DNA of 55,552 nucleotides, the filler included, from Sphacelaria rigidula (taxonomy: Eukaryota), in the NCBI GenBank assembly GCA_964200075.2. It is 3 parts of 3 records of this genome, joined end to end, with 100 filler letters (N's around TTAATTAATTAA, not from the genome) between each part and the next. Parts side by side here need not be neighbours in the genome. Positions count along the whole stretch, not along the records: positions 1 to 18,457 come from CAXNAA020000853.1; 2 more parts are not named here. One strand, 5' to 3'. Positions 1 to 13,323 of this stretch are shown one piece after another; within the stretch, counting starts at the first letter, position 1; every line of letters begins with the position of its first letter. The notes under the pieces are model-generated. The model ran no database searches, had not been told where the DNA came from, and worked only from the letters and a program-made list of their open reading frames with translations. The position numbers and the translations under genes are program-made.

Positions 1-689
1 AAAGGCTTGTTCGAAAAACCGTTCCGTGTTTCAACGACGATCTGACTCGAAATTTCGAGCAACAAATGCCCCCCCCCCCCCTATCGTAGGATGACTCTTC
101 CAAGCCAAGTGCACTATGGTCTTGCCCTTGAAAAATGGCCAAAATTCAACGTATATTTTCAACTCTCGTGAAGCCAAATCGAAAAACATTGTGCCTCCGG
201 ACACGCCTCCAGCGGGGCCCACCGCGGGCACGTCCGGCGGGGCCCCCTCTGCCAGGAGGGGGCTTTTTGGCTCGCGGCTTCGCCTCTCGCTGCTCACGGC
301 TGCCCGCTCGATGACCAAACCATCATGAACCATTTGACTGGTGAACGGTTGCGCTCCGCGTAAGCATTCAAGTGGTTAATGGTTACACAAACTTCTGGGT
401 TCTAGGTATCACACGTTTGTGGAAATAGTTATGTACACAACACAGTCATTTTATGCATGATTGTGACATGCGTGCATGACACCGAAGAACAGGCAGGCAG
501 TGAATAATCCTTCGAATATAGTGTCATACCGTGGTAGCCTAGGGCAACACAGTGCAGACACTCCATCATTACAGTACGTGGTAATGCCGTGTGGTAATAC
601 ATGATGGCACAGTCGGTATTGCGAGAACAGTGAACAGTGAGCGAGAAGAGTTCAGCAGTATACAGTAGTCAGCATCAGAAGTCTGGGGA

Positions 690-1010
690 ATTCGTAATTT
701 CTCAGCTACTTCGAGATTTTCTCAATTTCTTTCGCTTGCCACCGCTCATCACAGTGAATGTTGGATGCCAAAAAATGGGGACCTGGAGATATCATGATCC
801 TCTTGACAGATGTCGAGAGAAAAAAATCTGCCATCAATGTTTAGTAACGAGCTTGACCGATCTTCGGGGGTTCTGCGAAAGTGCAACCCCAGGTTTCAGC
901 GTCTTTGTATATTCGGTGGACCGATTCGATCCCGTTTATATTGTGAAATACATGAAAATGATTATTTTTCTGAAGCTCCACCGATTCACTACGCTAGAGT
1001 CGGAGAACTA
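690..1010 (+). repeat. Diverged copy of an internal repeat module also found in the hAT-like elements
   Basis: TTTCGCTTGCCACCGCTCATCACA (730-753) and downstream motifs recur at about 23350, about 35470 and, inverted, about 16650. Boundaries are approximate. Confidence 0.6.
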
Positions 1011-3628
1011 TGTTTCTTGGACCATTCACGGTCAATAACACCCACACCTTCTCCTGCACCACAAAAGTGTAGACCAAACAACCTTAAACGTTGAAGGATT
1101 CGGGCACATTGGGACGCACGAATAGTCACAAAGACAGATTCGAAGGCACTACATGGAAAGGCACTACCATGACCAGTCGAGTGTATAAAATCGTCCCAGG
1201 TGAAGCCCCAATTGTCAAGTGAAGAACGATTGTTACCCTAGCTGCTCAAGAAAGAAGCGTGATAACACCCTAGGATCAAGGGTGCTCGTTTGTATGCTTG
1301 CTAGTTGATGTATGTGTAGGGGTTGGTGTTATCTAAAAATATACACGAGAGTGTTCAAAAACAATGGGGCGAGGAAAGAAGAGTAAAGCACGTATGCACC
1401 TAGGAACTTACTTAGTAGTCTCGTTTCTGAGGGCTAAGATACCGAAGGAGAGGACAGCTGAAGGCGTATCAGACGCTGGACGAAGTGGTTGATCAATCCT
1501 CCACTGTAATGTTGAGATCCCTAGGACGATAGGCGAGTGCCGACGTGAGGGTCGTGTGAAAGATTCGACATTGCCCACCCCAAGACGACTCTTCATTCGA
1601 AGTCATTCTTCAATCAAACAATCCTACTCCAAGCTGTCAACTAGGCCAACGTTACACCGCTCAACTTGTATCATTCCACGTCATACCATCACGATAGCGA
1701 CCAGCGACATAAAGCTGGGCTAAGAAGTCATCCAGATGATGCTCGTACCCGCTGGTCATACCGTAATCAACTCAGCAACTGCAAACCTGATCACATAACA
1801 GTAGTGCATGCATCACCCTGCAAGTACAGCGACAACAGACTACGAGCTGGGCCAGCCTAGAGGCGGGTTTGTAGTTTGCAGGGCCATTCGTCGGCCAATA
1901 TTTAGAGTTGGACCCTGACATGTGGTATGGAAAATTTGTGGGGCAAAATAAAACATTTCACGCGTGTACCCAAGTTGTTTTATTTTCTCTCATGAGTAAA
2001 GGGCACTTTACTGACACCTGAGAATCCATTATTGCCCTCAACCCTTTGGGACCTGTTGATGGAAAATTGACGGTTGACATTTGACGTTTATGCGGGCAAG
2101 AAATGGTTGTTTTTCTATAGCCTTTGAGCAAACGATTCGACAAAGCGTCTTTTCCAGACCCTGTTCGAACGGAACCTGAAAGACAAGGAGGTTCGCTATT
2201 TTACGTTCATGACGAGTTGTTCGATCCGTCGGTAATTTTTAACCCCGCCCAGAGTGCACGGCAGGCCTCCGTGATGTAATCTTCACACCCCACCTGCACG
2301 CCCCTCCCCTCGCAGCTGATGCTTTTTGCCGCATCATAACAAGCCTGGGCCTAAGTTACAGTGACGAAGGCGACGCTGACGGCACATTTACGTCACTTAT
2401 GCACCCGTCAACTGTCTGTATTCGGAGACAGTCACCGTCAGGCCCTGTGGGAATGTGTTCACCTACTCCCCTGTACTGCGTGTTATCATTGTGATATGTT
2501 TGGCTTCTTCCAAGTGTAAACTCAAGTCATGCACGTTACTGTACTCTGCCGTGTGCGTTTATACGGTTTGATCATTCCATAACGGCGACGCGAATGCCAT
2601 GTACCCTCCAGTTATACACACCTCTGGTGCACCCTAGGGGAGGGGCGTCACTTTGGCGTATGCGATAAAGGCTGTCACTTCGTAGGCTGCGATCTGACGG
2701 TATATCTCATCCTGCGCTTTGTGCTGTATGTTTCCACGAAGCCACCTATATTGCGGGTTTCTCATGCCTGAACGTTACACAGCCGTACTTCGTGCTGCGT
2801 GAGGTTCATGACTCCGGCTGGCGGTATCGCATTCGGACCGTCTGTCCTCGTGGGTGGCGTTGGCGTTTCATGCAAAAACATTGCACACCTTCTGTCTTCT
2901 TGCATGGAAGACCGTTACATCGCTGTTCAGTTATACTCGACAATAAAGAAGTGTGTTTACTGACTGTAGCTGTAGTTTGGTTAGGCTGGTTGCGGAAGGT
3001 TGTCCCGGTCGGTTGTCGATCGTTTGCCAGTATTTAGCCCGTCTGGATGCGGGGAATCACGTGCGCCTGATGTCTTCCACATAATCCTGTGTGCCTCGCA
3101 GCGTTTTCTCTTGCTGCGGTTACTGTGCCGACCTTCGGTAAGCGAGCGGGGGGAGGGGCGGTGTGCGCCAGGGGGCAATGGACTGCCCCAACCGCTCTTC
3201 GGCTTCTCCAGCGAAACGCCTGGCAGCGTCCTGGCCGTGCTTCTCAGCCACCTCTTCCAGCTGAACGTGAATTGCACATGGGCCACTCTTCAGCGCTTCC
3301 AAATGTCGCGACGGGATGTAAATCATTGGACACACTTCGCCAGTCGCGTGATATCATTGGATAAGCCCAACCCGACCGCTCCGTGGATTCATTTTCGGTG
3401 CACCCATGACGTATGCTTTTGGAGTCTTCTGTGGACTTCCACAGTAAAAATAATTGTCATCTGTATTTTCTGTTTCCATCTTCTCTTCTTCGTCACAATT
3501 CGAAATAATGAGTGAGGCGTCTGGGACGGGGACGGGAGTCGAGGGTTCCAAAAGGGTATACGCGTATTTTTATTATTGTGCCCTACTCATTGTTCATGCT
3601 AAATTTCAGGGTCAAACTCGAAATATTG

Positions 3629-6404
3629 CACACGTCGGACGAGCACAAGTGTGATTCGTGGCACTCGCACTGGTTGGGCTGCTCTTAGGCCGTAAAAGTT
3701 AATAGGGCGGGCACTCAATTCATTGCTCGTTGTGGAAATAAACTGTATTAATAGGGTGAGCACTCGAGTCATTGCTCATTGTGGCAAAACATTAACCCCT
3801 CTGGGACCGGGCCTCCCGAACGACCACTGACGCTGGTTTGGAATGACGGGTCTGGCGGCTGCACGAAACAGTGGCATGTTGGTGAAACTCCGCGTATGCA
3901 ACCGCAGGGTTATGAGGGAGATCGAAAGTTTCATCCGACCTATTTTAGGCGCAGGATGCGCATTAGGTGATGTACTTCTGCTGTAGCAAGCAATATGTGT
4001 CGCCGTAGAGAGCTTTCAACAGGATGCGGCGACCGGCGGGCCGCCCGCCACTTGTGGCTTTGGATGGTGTTATTGTCTCCATCACCTTGCCACACAGCCC
4101 TTTGTGGTCAGGGTGGACCGCCATTTCCCTCTCTGTTGCATGCGAAACAATCTCTTCGAAGGGTAGACTCTAGTGGCGTTGCGGCGATGATACGTACGGC
4201 ACGGTGCAGTACGCCTATCCGACCGCGGCAGCAGCTGCCACTGCATACTCCCTTGCACGTTTTGGGCAGTTCTCAGCGACGGAGATCAGCTGCCCATACA
4301 CAGCCAGCCTGTCCATCCCCGCCCGCTACATACATGTTGACTGCACTGAAAGTCATCGGCAGAGGGATAAGCGGACTTCACGACGACGGTAGCTCCTTTC
4401 GTCTTTCCACAGCCCATCTTGATTTAGTGCCTGGTGAAAATGACCACATTGTGGCATGTACACTCCTTCCCGGTTTCCCCCCCTGCACCCTGTGTTAGTG
4501 TAATTACTACGTTTTAGTATAGACTGGCGACCCAAAAAAAGCCCGGGAGAACCCGGGAACGCTATACTGAAAGCAAATAATGCGAATAGCCATGCTCCAA
4601 GCACCCTGGCTTTGGAAACCTGGGATAGGATAGCATCCTGGCTCATCTGGGCCGGGGATACGGCCCCCACACGATCTTTGCATTGCCATCACACTCGGCA
4701 ACAGTCCCCGCGCTGGTCATTCGGGTCTGGTCAATACATTTCGCCTCGCCGTCATTGGGCAGGTCGCTCCCTGACTTGTTCATTAATATTTCCCCAATAA
4801 ATAGCCTGGATTCGTTCTTGAAGTTCAACGGACCACCGAAATTCCATTTACTTTGTTCAAGAGGCTCGGGATTCGCAACCGCTTCAGACCATGTGCCCCT
4901 AACCCAGAAGGTTCTGCACGGCAGCGAAAGCATGATGATGAGCAGTCCAACAGAAAAGCCGCCGTCATTCACTGTACCGCATCTTATGAGCGACCCCCGC
5001 GTCTAAGCGCTACGGAACACGTAACGAAGCATGCTGAAAACATACTTCTTCGGACTAGTCATCGAGTTTTCGAACGCCTCTTGTTGAGAATCTGAAAGAC
5101 ACTTCATACTGTTGCACCGGCGACGACCGCCGTCAGCGAAACGATCCAATGCGGCGGCAGACGCCAACGATCTTTGAAACGCAGCATCATTCAGCAGTCT
5201 GCTGAGATATACCAGCACACCAGAGTACAGCATCACTACAGTACAGTGGTCAGTTGGATCAAATGGATGCCCCACAACAAAGCTGCTGACACAAATCCCA
5301 TCTGAGGGGGAGGGTGCCAGCACTTTCCATCGCTGCATCAGATCCCGTTGGGGACCGTCAGAAGGGATATTAAAACTAGAGCTGCCGCGGATTCTGAATT
5401 AAAAAGAAACGGCTCGGATTTTACAAGCGTGTTGCACTACAGTAGACTAAGTGTTGTTCAATAGCCCACCGCGACACCGGTTCTCAATACAGCCACGGCG
5501 AAGGTGGCCATACATGGCGTGATAGCTTGTTCAGGCTGGATGAAGCGCCTCGCATGGGCACTACAGGCTAAACAACCCCAGGCGTGGGACTAACCCTTAC
5601 CCCCGTTGTGTGTGTCTGCAGCTTTATTGTGGGGCATCCATTTGATCCAACTGACCACTGTACTGTAGTGATGCTGTACTCTGGTGTGCTGGTATATCTC
5701 AGCAGACTGCTGAATGATGCTGCGTTTCAAAGGTCGTTGGCGTCTGCCGCCGGATTGGATCGTTTCGCTGACGGCGGTCGTCGCCGGTGCAACAGTATGA
5801 AGTGTCTTTCAGATTCTCAACAAGAGGCGTTCGAAAACTCGATGACTAGTCCGAAGAGGTATGTTTTCAGCATGCTTTGTTACGTGTTCCGTAGCGCTTA
5901 GACGCAGGGGTCGCTCACAAGATGCGGTACAGTGAATGACGGCGGCTTTTCTGTTGGACTGCTCATCATCATGCTTTAGCTGCCGTGCAGAACCTTCTGG
6001 GTTAGGGGCACATGGTCGGAAACGGTTGCGAATCCCGAGCCTTTTGAACAGAGTAAATGGAATTTCGGTGGTCCGTTGAACCTCAATTAAATGTTGAACC
6101 TCAAAAACGAATCCAGGCTGTTAATACATGGTCAACGCCGTGATAGTGGGGGGTCTGTCCGAAAAGGGTCACACACGGCCATTCGGCTACCCCCATAAAC
6201 ATCCTCTACCGTAATTTTCATCCTTTCAAGGGTAACGTGACCCTCAGGAGGATAAAAATACCCTTTAGAGGGAATTTCATACTCAGTTCCGGTCATAAAA
6301 CGAATCCGGTAATTACTCGAGCACACGAGTCATTGCTCATTATGTTTTCGAAAAACACCCACGAGTGCACTTGTTTCAACGAGTAATGACTCGTCCGACG
6401 TGTG
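3629..6404. mobile_element. Non-autonomous TIR DNA transposon, about 2.8 kb, with 8-bp TSD (hAT/P-like class)
   Basis: Perfect 15-bp TIR CACACGTCGGACGAG and perfect 8-bp TSD AAATATTG (3621-3628 and 6405-6412). A subterminal GAGTCATTGCTC-type motif is repeated at both ends. No recognisable transposase. Confidence 0.87.
4803..6119. repeat. Long inverted duplication (foldback): arms about 4803-5293 and 5611-6119, spacer about 320 bp
   Basis: The arms are near-identical reverse complements. The ORF track gives almost the same peptide at 5003..5338(-) and 5584..5901(+). Confidence 0.95.
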
Positions 6405-6850
6405 AAATATTGGCCTGCGAATGGACCGTTTAGAATCGGGGTCAATAGAAATTAATAACAGAATTCTGTAGGTCACCTACCGGCCCACGTTTGTTGTTTG
6501 TGTACTGAAACCTTATCTGGAACCTCGCAAGGGCATATTGGACCAACACAGTGGGTCAGGTTGGTATCTATTCATTTTTTTCACTGGTTTAGGGCGGTTT
6601 AGCATAGTAACAACCATTCTTTTTACGAGAACACCCGAACCCTCCCCCCCCCCCTCCCCCCCCCAAAAAAGCAAGGCCTATTTTTTTTCTAAAGCAGCAT
6701 ACCTCTGTGGTTCTCCACGCTAAGTTTCAAAGCACACTTCTAAAAATTGAGCTGAGAACTTGAGATGAAGCCGAAGATCAGTGTGCATTTCTCGTCAAGA
6801 CTGCCCCAGAAACCCGTAAAAAATGCAAGAGCTGTTTTTTCAACTTTATT

Positions 6851-7907
6851 AGAGAGTTTCGTAAGATGTTTTCCTCATCACAGAGTCAGAGTGCAGAGTG
6901 GAAGCGTTGAAACTTCGAAGTGGACGCTTGAAAGTTCATAGCGGAAGCTGATGTGACGTGGCTTGATGTGGAGTTCTTTTTATCGCAGTGATTGGCCGCA
7001 GGCTGTGCCGCCAAATGTGCAATCGACCAGCGTGCAGTCCTAAAATGCACAGGCCAGCACAGCATTGACTATGCCATACCCCTGTGGCACCGTACGTATC
7101 GAACACTGCGCTTCATTTCACCTGCAGTACTTCAATTCACCGTGGCGCACCACAGGGTACTGTAGTGGTGCAGTGCTGTGCAGGGTAGAGTACAGCCGGT
7201 GCAGTACAGAGAGTGCAATGCAGAACCCTACAACATTGCGGTACGGTGAAGTACAGCGATACCGAACAGTCAGCTGTACAGTAGTACAGTACAACAGTAC
7301 GCAGCACTTTCAAACTAAAGACAATGTTGCATCGTGACGATTTCCCAACACAGCACCCATGATGGTGGTGCAAGAAGTCATGACCTCTAACGCAAGGGCA
7401 CTGTAGCCAGGTGTAGTACTGCGTGTGCCTCGTAGACTACGAATAATTCACATCGCCTTCTTACAGCTGAAGCTGACAAATATGAGGAGCTGCACCCAAA
7501 GAAACGGCGTGTATCCGCCGAGCATTTATATTTCCACTCAGCACAACCAATCGGATGCTGATACCGTGGCAGCGTTAGGGAGGTTTTCTGACTGCGATGA
7601 AAACAGTTTCTACTTCGTGAACGGTCCCTTGTGATGAGCATGACAGTTGTTATGGATGTCATACTTTGCTTGTTAGGGTGTGTTTATTATGAAATGGCTG
7701 TGATCATGGTGGTGAAGGTGGGTGTTCTTCTTGGTTACACTATGAACTCTGGAGAGGCACCACGGCTTTCAGAGTGAAGTGCAAACGGCACTCTCTCTGA
7801 AAAAATCGCCCTGGAAAATACTTCATGGCAGAAAGTGCATCGTTACCGGCTACTTTTCCTTCCACTCTGACTGTAAGATGGGAGAAAACGTTCTCCGACA
7901 CTCTCTG
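6851..7907. repeat. Degenerate inverted repeat pair, possibly a relic TIR element
   Basis: AGAGAGTTTCGTAAGATGTTTTCCTCATCACAGAGTCAGAGTG (about 6851-6893) resembles the reverse complement of about 7861-7907. Termini and TSD not found. Confidence 0.35.
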
Positions 7908-8837
7908 CTATGCACAAGGGGTTCTGCATACGAAATTTCACAGCAAAAACTCTCAACAACTGAGACGCGATACCCAGATTAGTAGTTCATCTAGTGATTC
8001 TACTCGTAATATATTGATTTTAGTATCAACATTTATGTGCGGCATATCTCGAGATATATGATGAATTAGGTGAAGGTAAGGGTATATATCGTCTCCCCGT
8101 GCTCCAGGGAATCTCCTCAGCCAAAATCGTCATCAGCTGAATGCATCGATCGACGTTTCATATGGATTTTAATGTAGACGCTATCTCCGTTAGGTATAGG
8201 AATTACTAGAAATGGGGTTGAATCAACGGCGGAATACTGGCCCGACAGACTTTTGAGCAGATGGGGACGTTCTCCTTGATTGGACGATCAATTAATACAA
8301 AATACAGATCATGACCTAACTCGCCTGTCTCGATGAGGTATTGCTTCGAGAGCCTAAATCCGTTTAAGATCATCCAACGACGGCGGAGGTACGAGCCCGA
8401 GCCTCACATCGACGGGGAGATTGAGTTAGGAAGACAAGAGGCACCACGATCACGAGAGTGGCGTGTGCTTCGTTTCGGAACAACTTAGCGGCGGCATGCA
8501 GCTAAATGCTAAAGCAACGGCCTGAACACCGCCGCTATGCAGCAGCAGAATGGGCAGTGGGGACAGGCTAGACAGGAATGCAGGGGCTGCACATCGCGTG
8601 GGTATGTACACCAGGAGCGAGGAAGGAGTAGAGTCGGACAGATTGGGAGATTTGCACCTGCCTATGATGAAAGACGAGCACCGGGCTAGGAAAAGTCATC
8701 GAGTCCAAAACGCGATAAAAATGAAACATATGAACAAGAGCGGGGAAAAGAGGAGGAGGGACCGGGCGAGGCGAAGAGTTGCTAGGAGAGCAGCACGAGT
8801 AGCCCGGACGAGACAGCGGAGTCAACTTGTTAAGGTA

Positions 8838-10457
8838 TAATAGCCACATACAATGTCGGAACTCTAGCTGTGGAAGGGGCCAACGGATGGGGGCGAGACT
8901 ACAGCATCTTATACGAGGCTGCGAGACTTAACATCTCGGTGATAGAACTGCAAGAGACAGAGGGCGGGACGAACAGACTGTACAGCAGCAGGGTTCAGAG
9001 TCTTCTGCTGTGGGAGCGAGTCAGGTGGGCAACACGGTGTGGGAATAGCTGTAAAAGAGTCGATTTGCAATCACGCCACCTATACACTGAGGACGTTGAC
9101 GAGCGCCTCATGGCAATGCGGTTTGAAATATCGGGACAGAGCGGAGCGATCAACTTCGTACCTGCGTACGCACCAACTGAAGTCACCAAGAACGAAACGA
9201 AACAAGCGTTCTGGGATAGACTTGACGATCTCGTACAGCGAATCCCGTCGAAGGAATGTGTGTATGTATTGATGGATGCCAGCGCGCCGACGGTAGACAA
9301 AGTAGGAGAGGGCTTAGAGGACGACGGGGTCCTAGGCGCCTATGGATGTGATGAGCTGAAGGATAACGGCAACCTTCTGCTAACTTTCGCAAACGATAAC
9401 AAACTAGCCATCACGAACACCTTCTTTAGCACGCGCAAAGGTGGAATCTCGCACATATACAACGGTGTTGCGGGAATCGCACGAGCGACCTCAAGCGCAT
9501 GGACTACATACTTACCCGGCAGGCACATCTAGGTAGGGTGCGCAACGTGGTCGTACACCCCCAACCCGCACCCCCGGCTTAAGCGGACTCGGACCACAAC
9601 ATGGTGGTGGCCACTGTCGACCTCGGTGGCCGCCTTGCCCACAACCGCGAAGTACGCACCAAGTCGAAGCAGCGTTAATTCAGTCGACATCAGCTGCAGG
9701 CCGAAATGGCAAGGTGGCACGTGATCGAGAGGGGAGGTCCCGCAGGAGGAGTGGAAAGATGCAACGATCAAGGTGCTGTACAAGAAATCGGACCGGTTCA
9801 ACTGCAATAACTACAGGGGGATCTCTCCGGTATCGCACGCAGAGAAAGTACTCCTGAAGATAGTGGCCAACCGCCTCAGCAGCTACTGCGAAACGCACGG
9901 GATATTACCGGAGGAACAGTGCGGCTTCCGACCAGACCGATCCACTGTCGACGTGCTGTTTGTATTGCGCCGACTGCAGGAGCTGGGACGGCGGCGGAGA
10001 ATACCGCTGTACATGTGCTTCGTCGACCTCCAGAAAGCATTTGACTCGGTCGACCGAGAGCTTCTGTGGCAGGTACTGGCCCGAGCTGGTATTCCGGATG
10101 AGATGATAGCAGTTATCCACCAATTCCACGACGGTGTGCAGGCCGGCGTACGCATGGACGACGGGGAGCTCTCGGAGTGGTTTGAAGTCACCCAGGGACT
10201 ACGACAAGGATGTGTACTGTCTCCCCTGCTGTTCAAAATCTTCTTCGCGGCAGTGCTCGAGATAGTTAGTCCTTGTACGATTCAGCGACGATGATATCAT
10301 CATGAAGGACATGGTGTATATCTCGATGAGGAGACGGGGAGGGGGTCGGAGACACCGTTGGAACGTGTACGGAGAGCGGCGTGGAGAATGCTGTATGCCG
10401 GCGATGCCGGCGTCATCTCGAGATCCCCCGACGGACTGGCGAGGATGATGACCATCA
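8838..10457 (+). pseudogene. RTE LINE ORF, 5' part (endonuclease and most of RT), with frameshifts, stops and an internal deletion
   Basis: Spans ORFs 8870..9532 and 9773..10294. The catalytic YADD reads YAGD (about 10393-10404). The endonuclease-RT linker appears deleted near 9730. Confidence 0.9.
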
Positions 10458-10714
10458 CAGAGGTAAATGTACCTTAAGGTACGCTTAAGGCACCTGATGG
10501 GGAAACTCTGGTTCGTGGGAACCGACACGTAAAACAATGACCAGAGTAGCCGGAGAAAGAAAAATCAATCCTCCATCACCCAAGCTTTTCAAAATTGAAA
10601 AATAATCAAACCAAGTTGCAGGAGTGGATGTGGAGTATGGCTCTAGTGACGTAAAAATGCGGCCGAAACACCCTGATTCAATTACGGTACACTTTACGCA
10701 GCAGTTGATTTCGC

Positions 10715-11765
10715 GCGACCTTAGACGTCTCAGACCTTCTCCTTTGCTACAGATGTTTACGAGATTAGTGCGGTCCCTTTTCAAGAGAAAAAGGGAAGGG
10801 AAATTTAATCCGGGGATGAAAATCGCATATCCCCTGTTTTTCGGAACAAATTTCGCCATTAAGTCGGTGTTTGTCGACGCCATACTCGACGAAAACTACT
10901 GTTTTCATTTTTTTTTCCTTTTTCAACCCACTTGAATACGTTTTGATAGTAATCTCCCAAAAAATTGTGTTTATCGGTTTTGATCAAGGTACTCTATCAC
11001 GCACGTTGAGTGAGTGGTGCCCGCTGATCATTCATTTTTCACCAGAAATTGTTCATGACTACGAAACTGGAACACCTGAGACGTTTCAGATCTTCTCTTT
11101 CGGTGCAAGTGTGTACGACACTAGTGCGGTCCGTTTCGCAAAAAGAAAAAAACGGGGATGAAAATGGCCTATCCCCTAGTTTTCGGAACAAATTTCGCCA
11201 TTCATTCTGTGTTGGGCAACGCCGTACTCGACGAAAACGTTTTTTTTCTGCTTCATTAACCCATCGATATGCGTTTTGACAGTAGTCTCCTAAAATCTGG
11301 TGTTCATGCGTTACAATTAAGGTACTATGACGCACGTTCAGTGATCCCCCCTCATCACCAGAAATCGACAATGCTGCGAAAATGCAACACCTAGAGCTAG
11401 GACGTTCCAGTTATTCTCCTCTGGCACAAACCTTTGCGCATCGCAATGCATCACACGGCCTCACACTGTATCACTTTCCGGCACCAAAGAGGGAAAAGCG
11501 GCAGTTCGGGGGATTAAATTGGCCTATCCCCGGATTTTTGGAACAAATTCGAGCATCCTTCCCCGTGATTGGCAACGCCGAACTCGACGAACCCGTTCGC
11601 AGAGCTCTATGGTTTCTGTTTGGTCGGAGCTACCCAACCAAGTGGGATTAGTTTCGACATAATAGTCGCAAAATTTAGTGTTCGACGGATCTCACCGAGT
11701 TTCAATGAAACACGTTTGCTGCCCCCCCGCCCCCCCAAAAACATTCTCGCCAAAATCGACAATGA
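10715..11765 (+). repeat. Three diverged tandem units of about 350 bp inside the pogo element
   Basis: GGGGAT(G/T)AAA..GC.TATCCCC...GGAACAAATT...ACGCC..ACTCGACGAA recurs at about 10812, 11155 and 11509. Confidence 0.75.
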
Positions 11766-12562
11766 CTACGAGAACGGCAGACGTGGCTCGTAGACAGCAG
11801 CGAGCACGAAACAGAGCAAGCCAAGCAGCGGAAACTTCGCCGAATCTTTCTCGGCGATGACCTTCCACACCCTGGTCCCTTGCGGAGTAATACCTACGAC
11901 GAAGATATCCACGAGTGGCGGGTGTAAGGGGCGGGGGGCACGATACAGAGTAAACAACGTTTACGTGAGATTGAGAGTAATATGCTGGTTGAGAGTGGCT
12001 TTGATCATTCGCTTTAACTAAGCCAATTTTTCATTCCGTGTGTGCTTTTCTTCGTCTCTATCACTAGCGTGTGCTTACAGCTACACGTCGATATCCTACT
12101 CAGGGATATCGAGGGCCTCAATGGCGAGCTACTAAATAAAGCATATCGGGCCTCACAGAGATGCATTTCGGAACGGTAACGATTCAGTCACTAATTGACT
12201 GTTTTTCACTCTCAATCGTATCCTCTCAATCTCACGAAAACATTGATAGTGGTACGTCGAGTATCGGGTGGTACGCACAGTACTGGCACAATCTCTAAAC
12301 GCGGTACTTGCAGCACCTCTACAGACAGTATAGGCAGGACCTATATTAAGAGTAAGTGCAATCAACAGAACACGCCGAGACAGCAATGAGCAGGCAAACG
12401 CCAAGTGCTTTGTCGGCAAAGAATGCGGCGAGAATAATACCGAATGAAACGCAGCATGGTCAAGAGCAGACAAACACCGCGCCACAGCAACAGCCCCTGG
12501 TTCTAGCTCCAGACACATGCGCTGTATCACATAAACGAAACGGCTCTTGACAGACTGTAAAG

Positions 12563-13079
12563 CACCTGTCTCATGCGAGCTCCATCTGTCGTCGGTTGCT
12601 GGCTTGCCCTTGTCCACGTAGTCCTCACAGGCCGCAAAAACTCCGGCATGGGATCTTCTTCGTCGCCCGCACCACCCTGTCGGCCTTGTAGATGCGGTTG
12701 CTGCGCTCCCCTAGCCGTGGGTGCCTCCGAAGGAACAAGCCGAGCCATTTTCGACCTGAGCCTACTGTCGGGTCCTATGGCACCGGTCGGTTGTCGCTCC
12801 AGAGTACCATAGCCGCCTGTTTCAGGCCATCTCTATTCAGGCCCGTTGACGAGCTGCGGCAAATTTTCGCATATCTTCGATAGAATTTTCTTCCTACCTC
12901 GACAGTACAGTACCCGGACCAACCCTGCCAGCTATGCCCACGCTACCACCAACACGCTTCTGCAGCGAACCAACGAAGATTTCAAAGGTCTTTGCAGCAG
13001 CATGGAAGGTCATGCGACCCCTGCGTAACGCTTCTACGGCCTCTGCTGCACGTTTTGGATCCACCCTTGTTCTCTGCAT
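12563..13079 (-). pseudogene. pogo/CENP-B-like transposase N-terminal remnant (psq-type HTH, CENP-B HTH, start of DDE domain)
   Basis: Reads AAEAVEALRRGRMTFHAAAKTFEIFVGSLQKRV..GPGTVLS.EE. After frameshifts it continues GRKWLGLFLRRHPRLGER and RWSSHETG (degenerate WNxDETG). Confidence 0.85.
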
Positions 13080-13323
13080 GCTTAGCAGCCGATCGATCAA
13101 AATGCTCTTTTTGGAGAAAGACAACACACGTGCTTATTCGCAGTGCTGTGGGAGGGTGTTTTATAATGAAAAAAACATGTACAGTACCTCACAAGAAGCT
13201 CCGTGCTCTTGTGCACACGCAGCAAAAACCATAATGGAAAACGATCAATATTTCGCGGAGTTATGGACGATTAACTAAAAGAGTTCCTTAATTGGTACTG
13301 TTCCGAAATAGGGACGTTTACTC

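Larger units (their letters stand above)
1879..6429. mobile_element. Old TIR DNA element whose right TIR is interrupted by the 3629-6404 element
   Basis: The reverse complement of 1881-1917 (CAGGGTCCAACTCTAAATATTGGCCGACGAATGGCCC) matches the rejoined flanks CAGGGTCAAACTCGAAATATTG|GCCTGCGAATGGACC. Inverted similarity extends inward (about 1935-2055 vs about 3545-3600). Exact termini are uncertain. Confidence 0.6.
10460..13323 (-). mobile_element. pogo-type (Tc1/mariner superfamily) DNA transposon derivative inserted in the LINE
   Basis: Imperfect TIRs GAGGTAAATGTACC / GGGACGTTTACTC, flanked by CA and TA (degenerate TA TSD). Removing the element restores the LINE frame LARMMTI|IVDVLEAF. It carries a transposase remnant. 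Confidence 0.87.

Noticed and set aside
2981..3551. Minus-strand frame 3551-3120 with one stop, as the transposase of the outer TIR element
   Set aside because: No DDE, HTH or zinc-finger motif recognised.
3792..3810. TTAA|CCCCTCTGGG as a piggyBac left end
   Set aside because: No convincing matching right end found.
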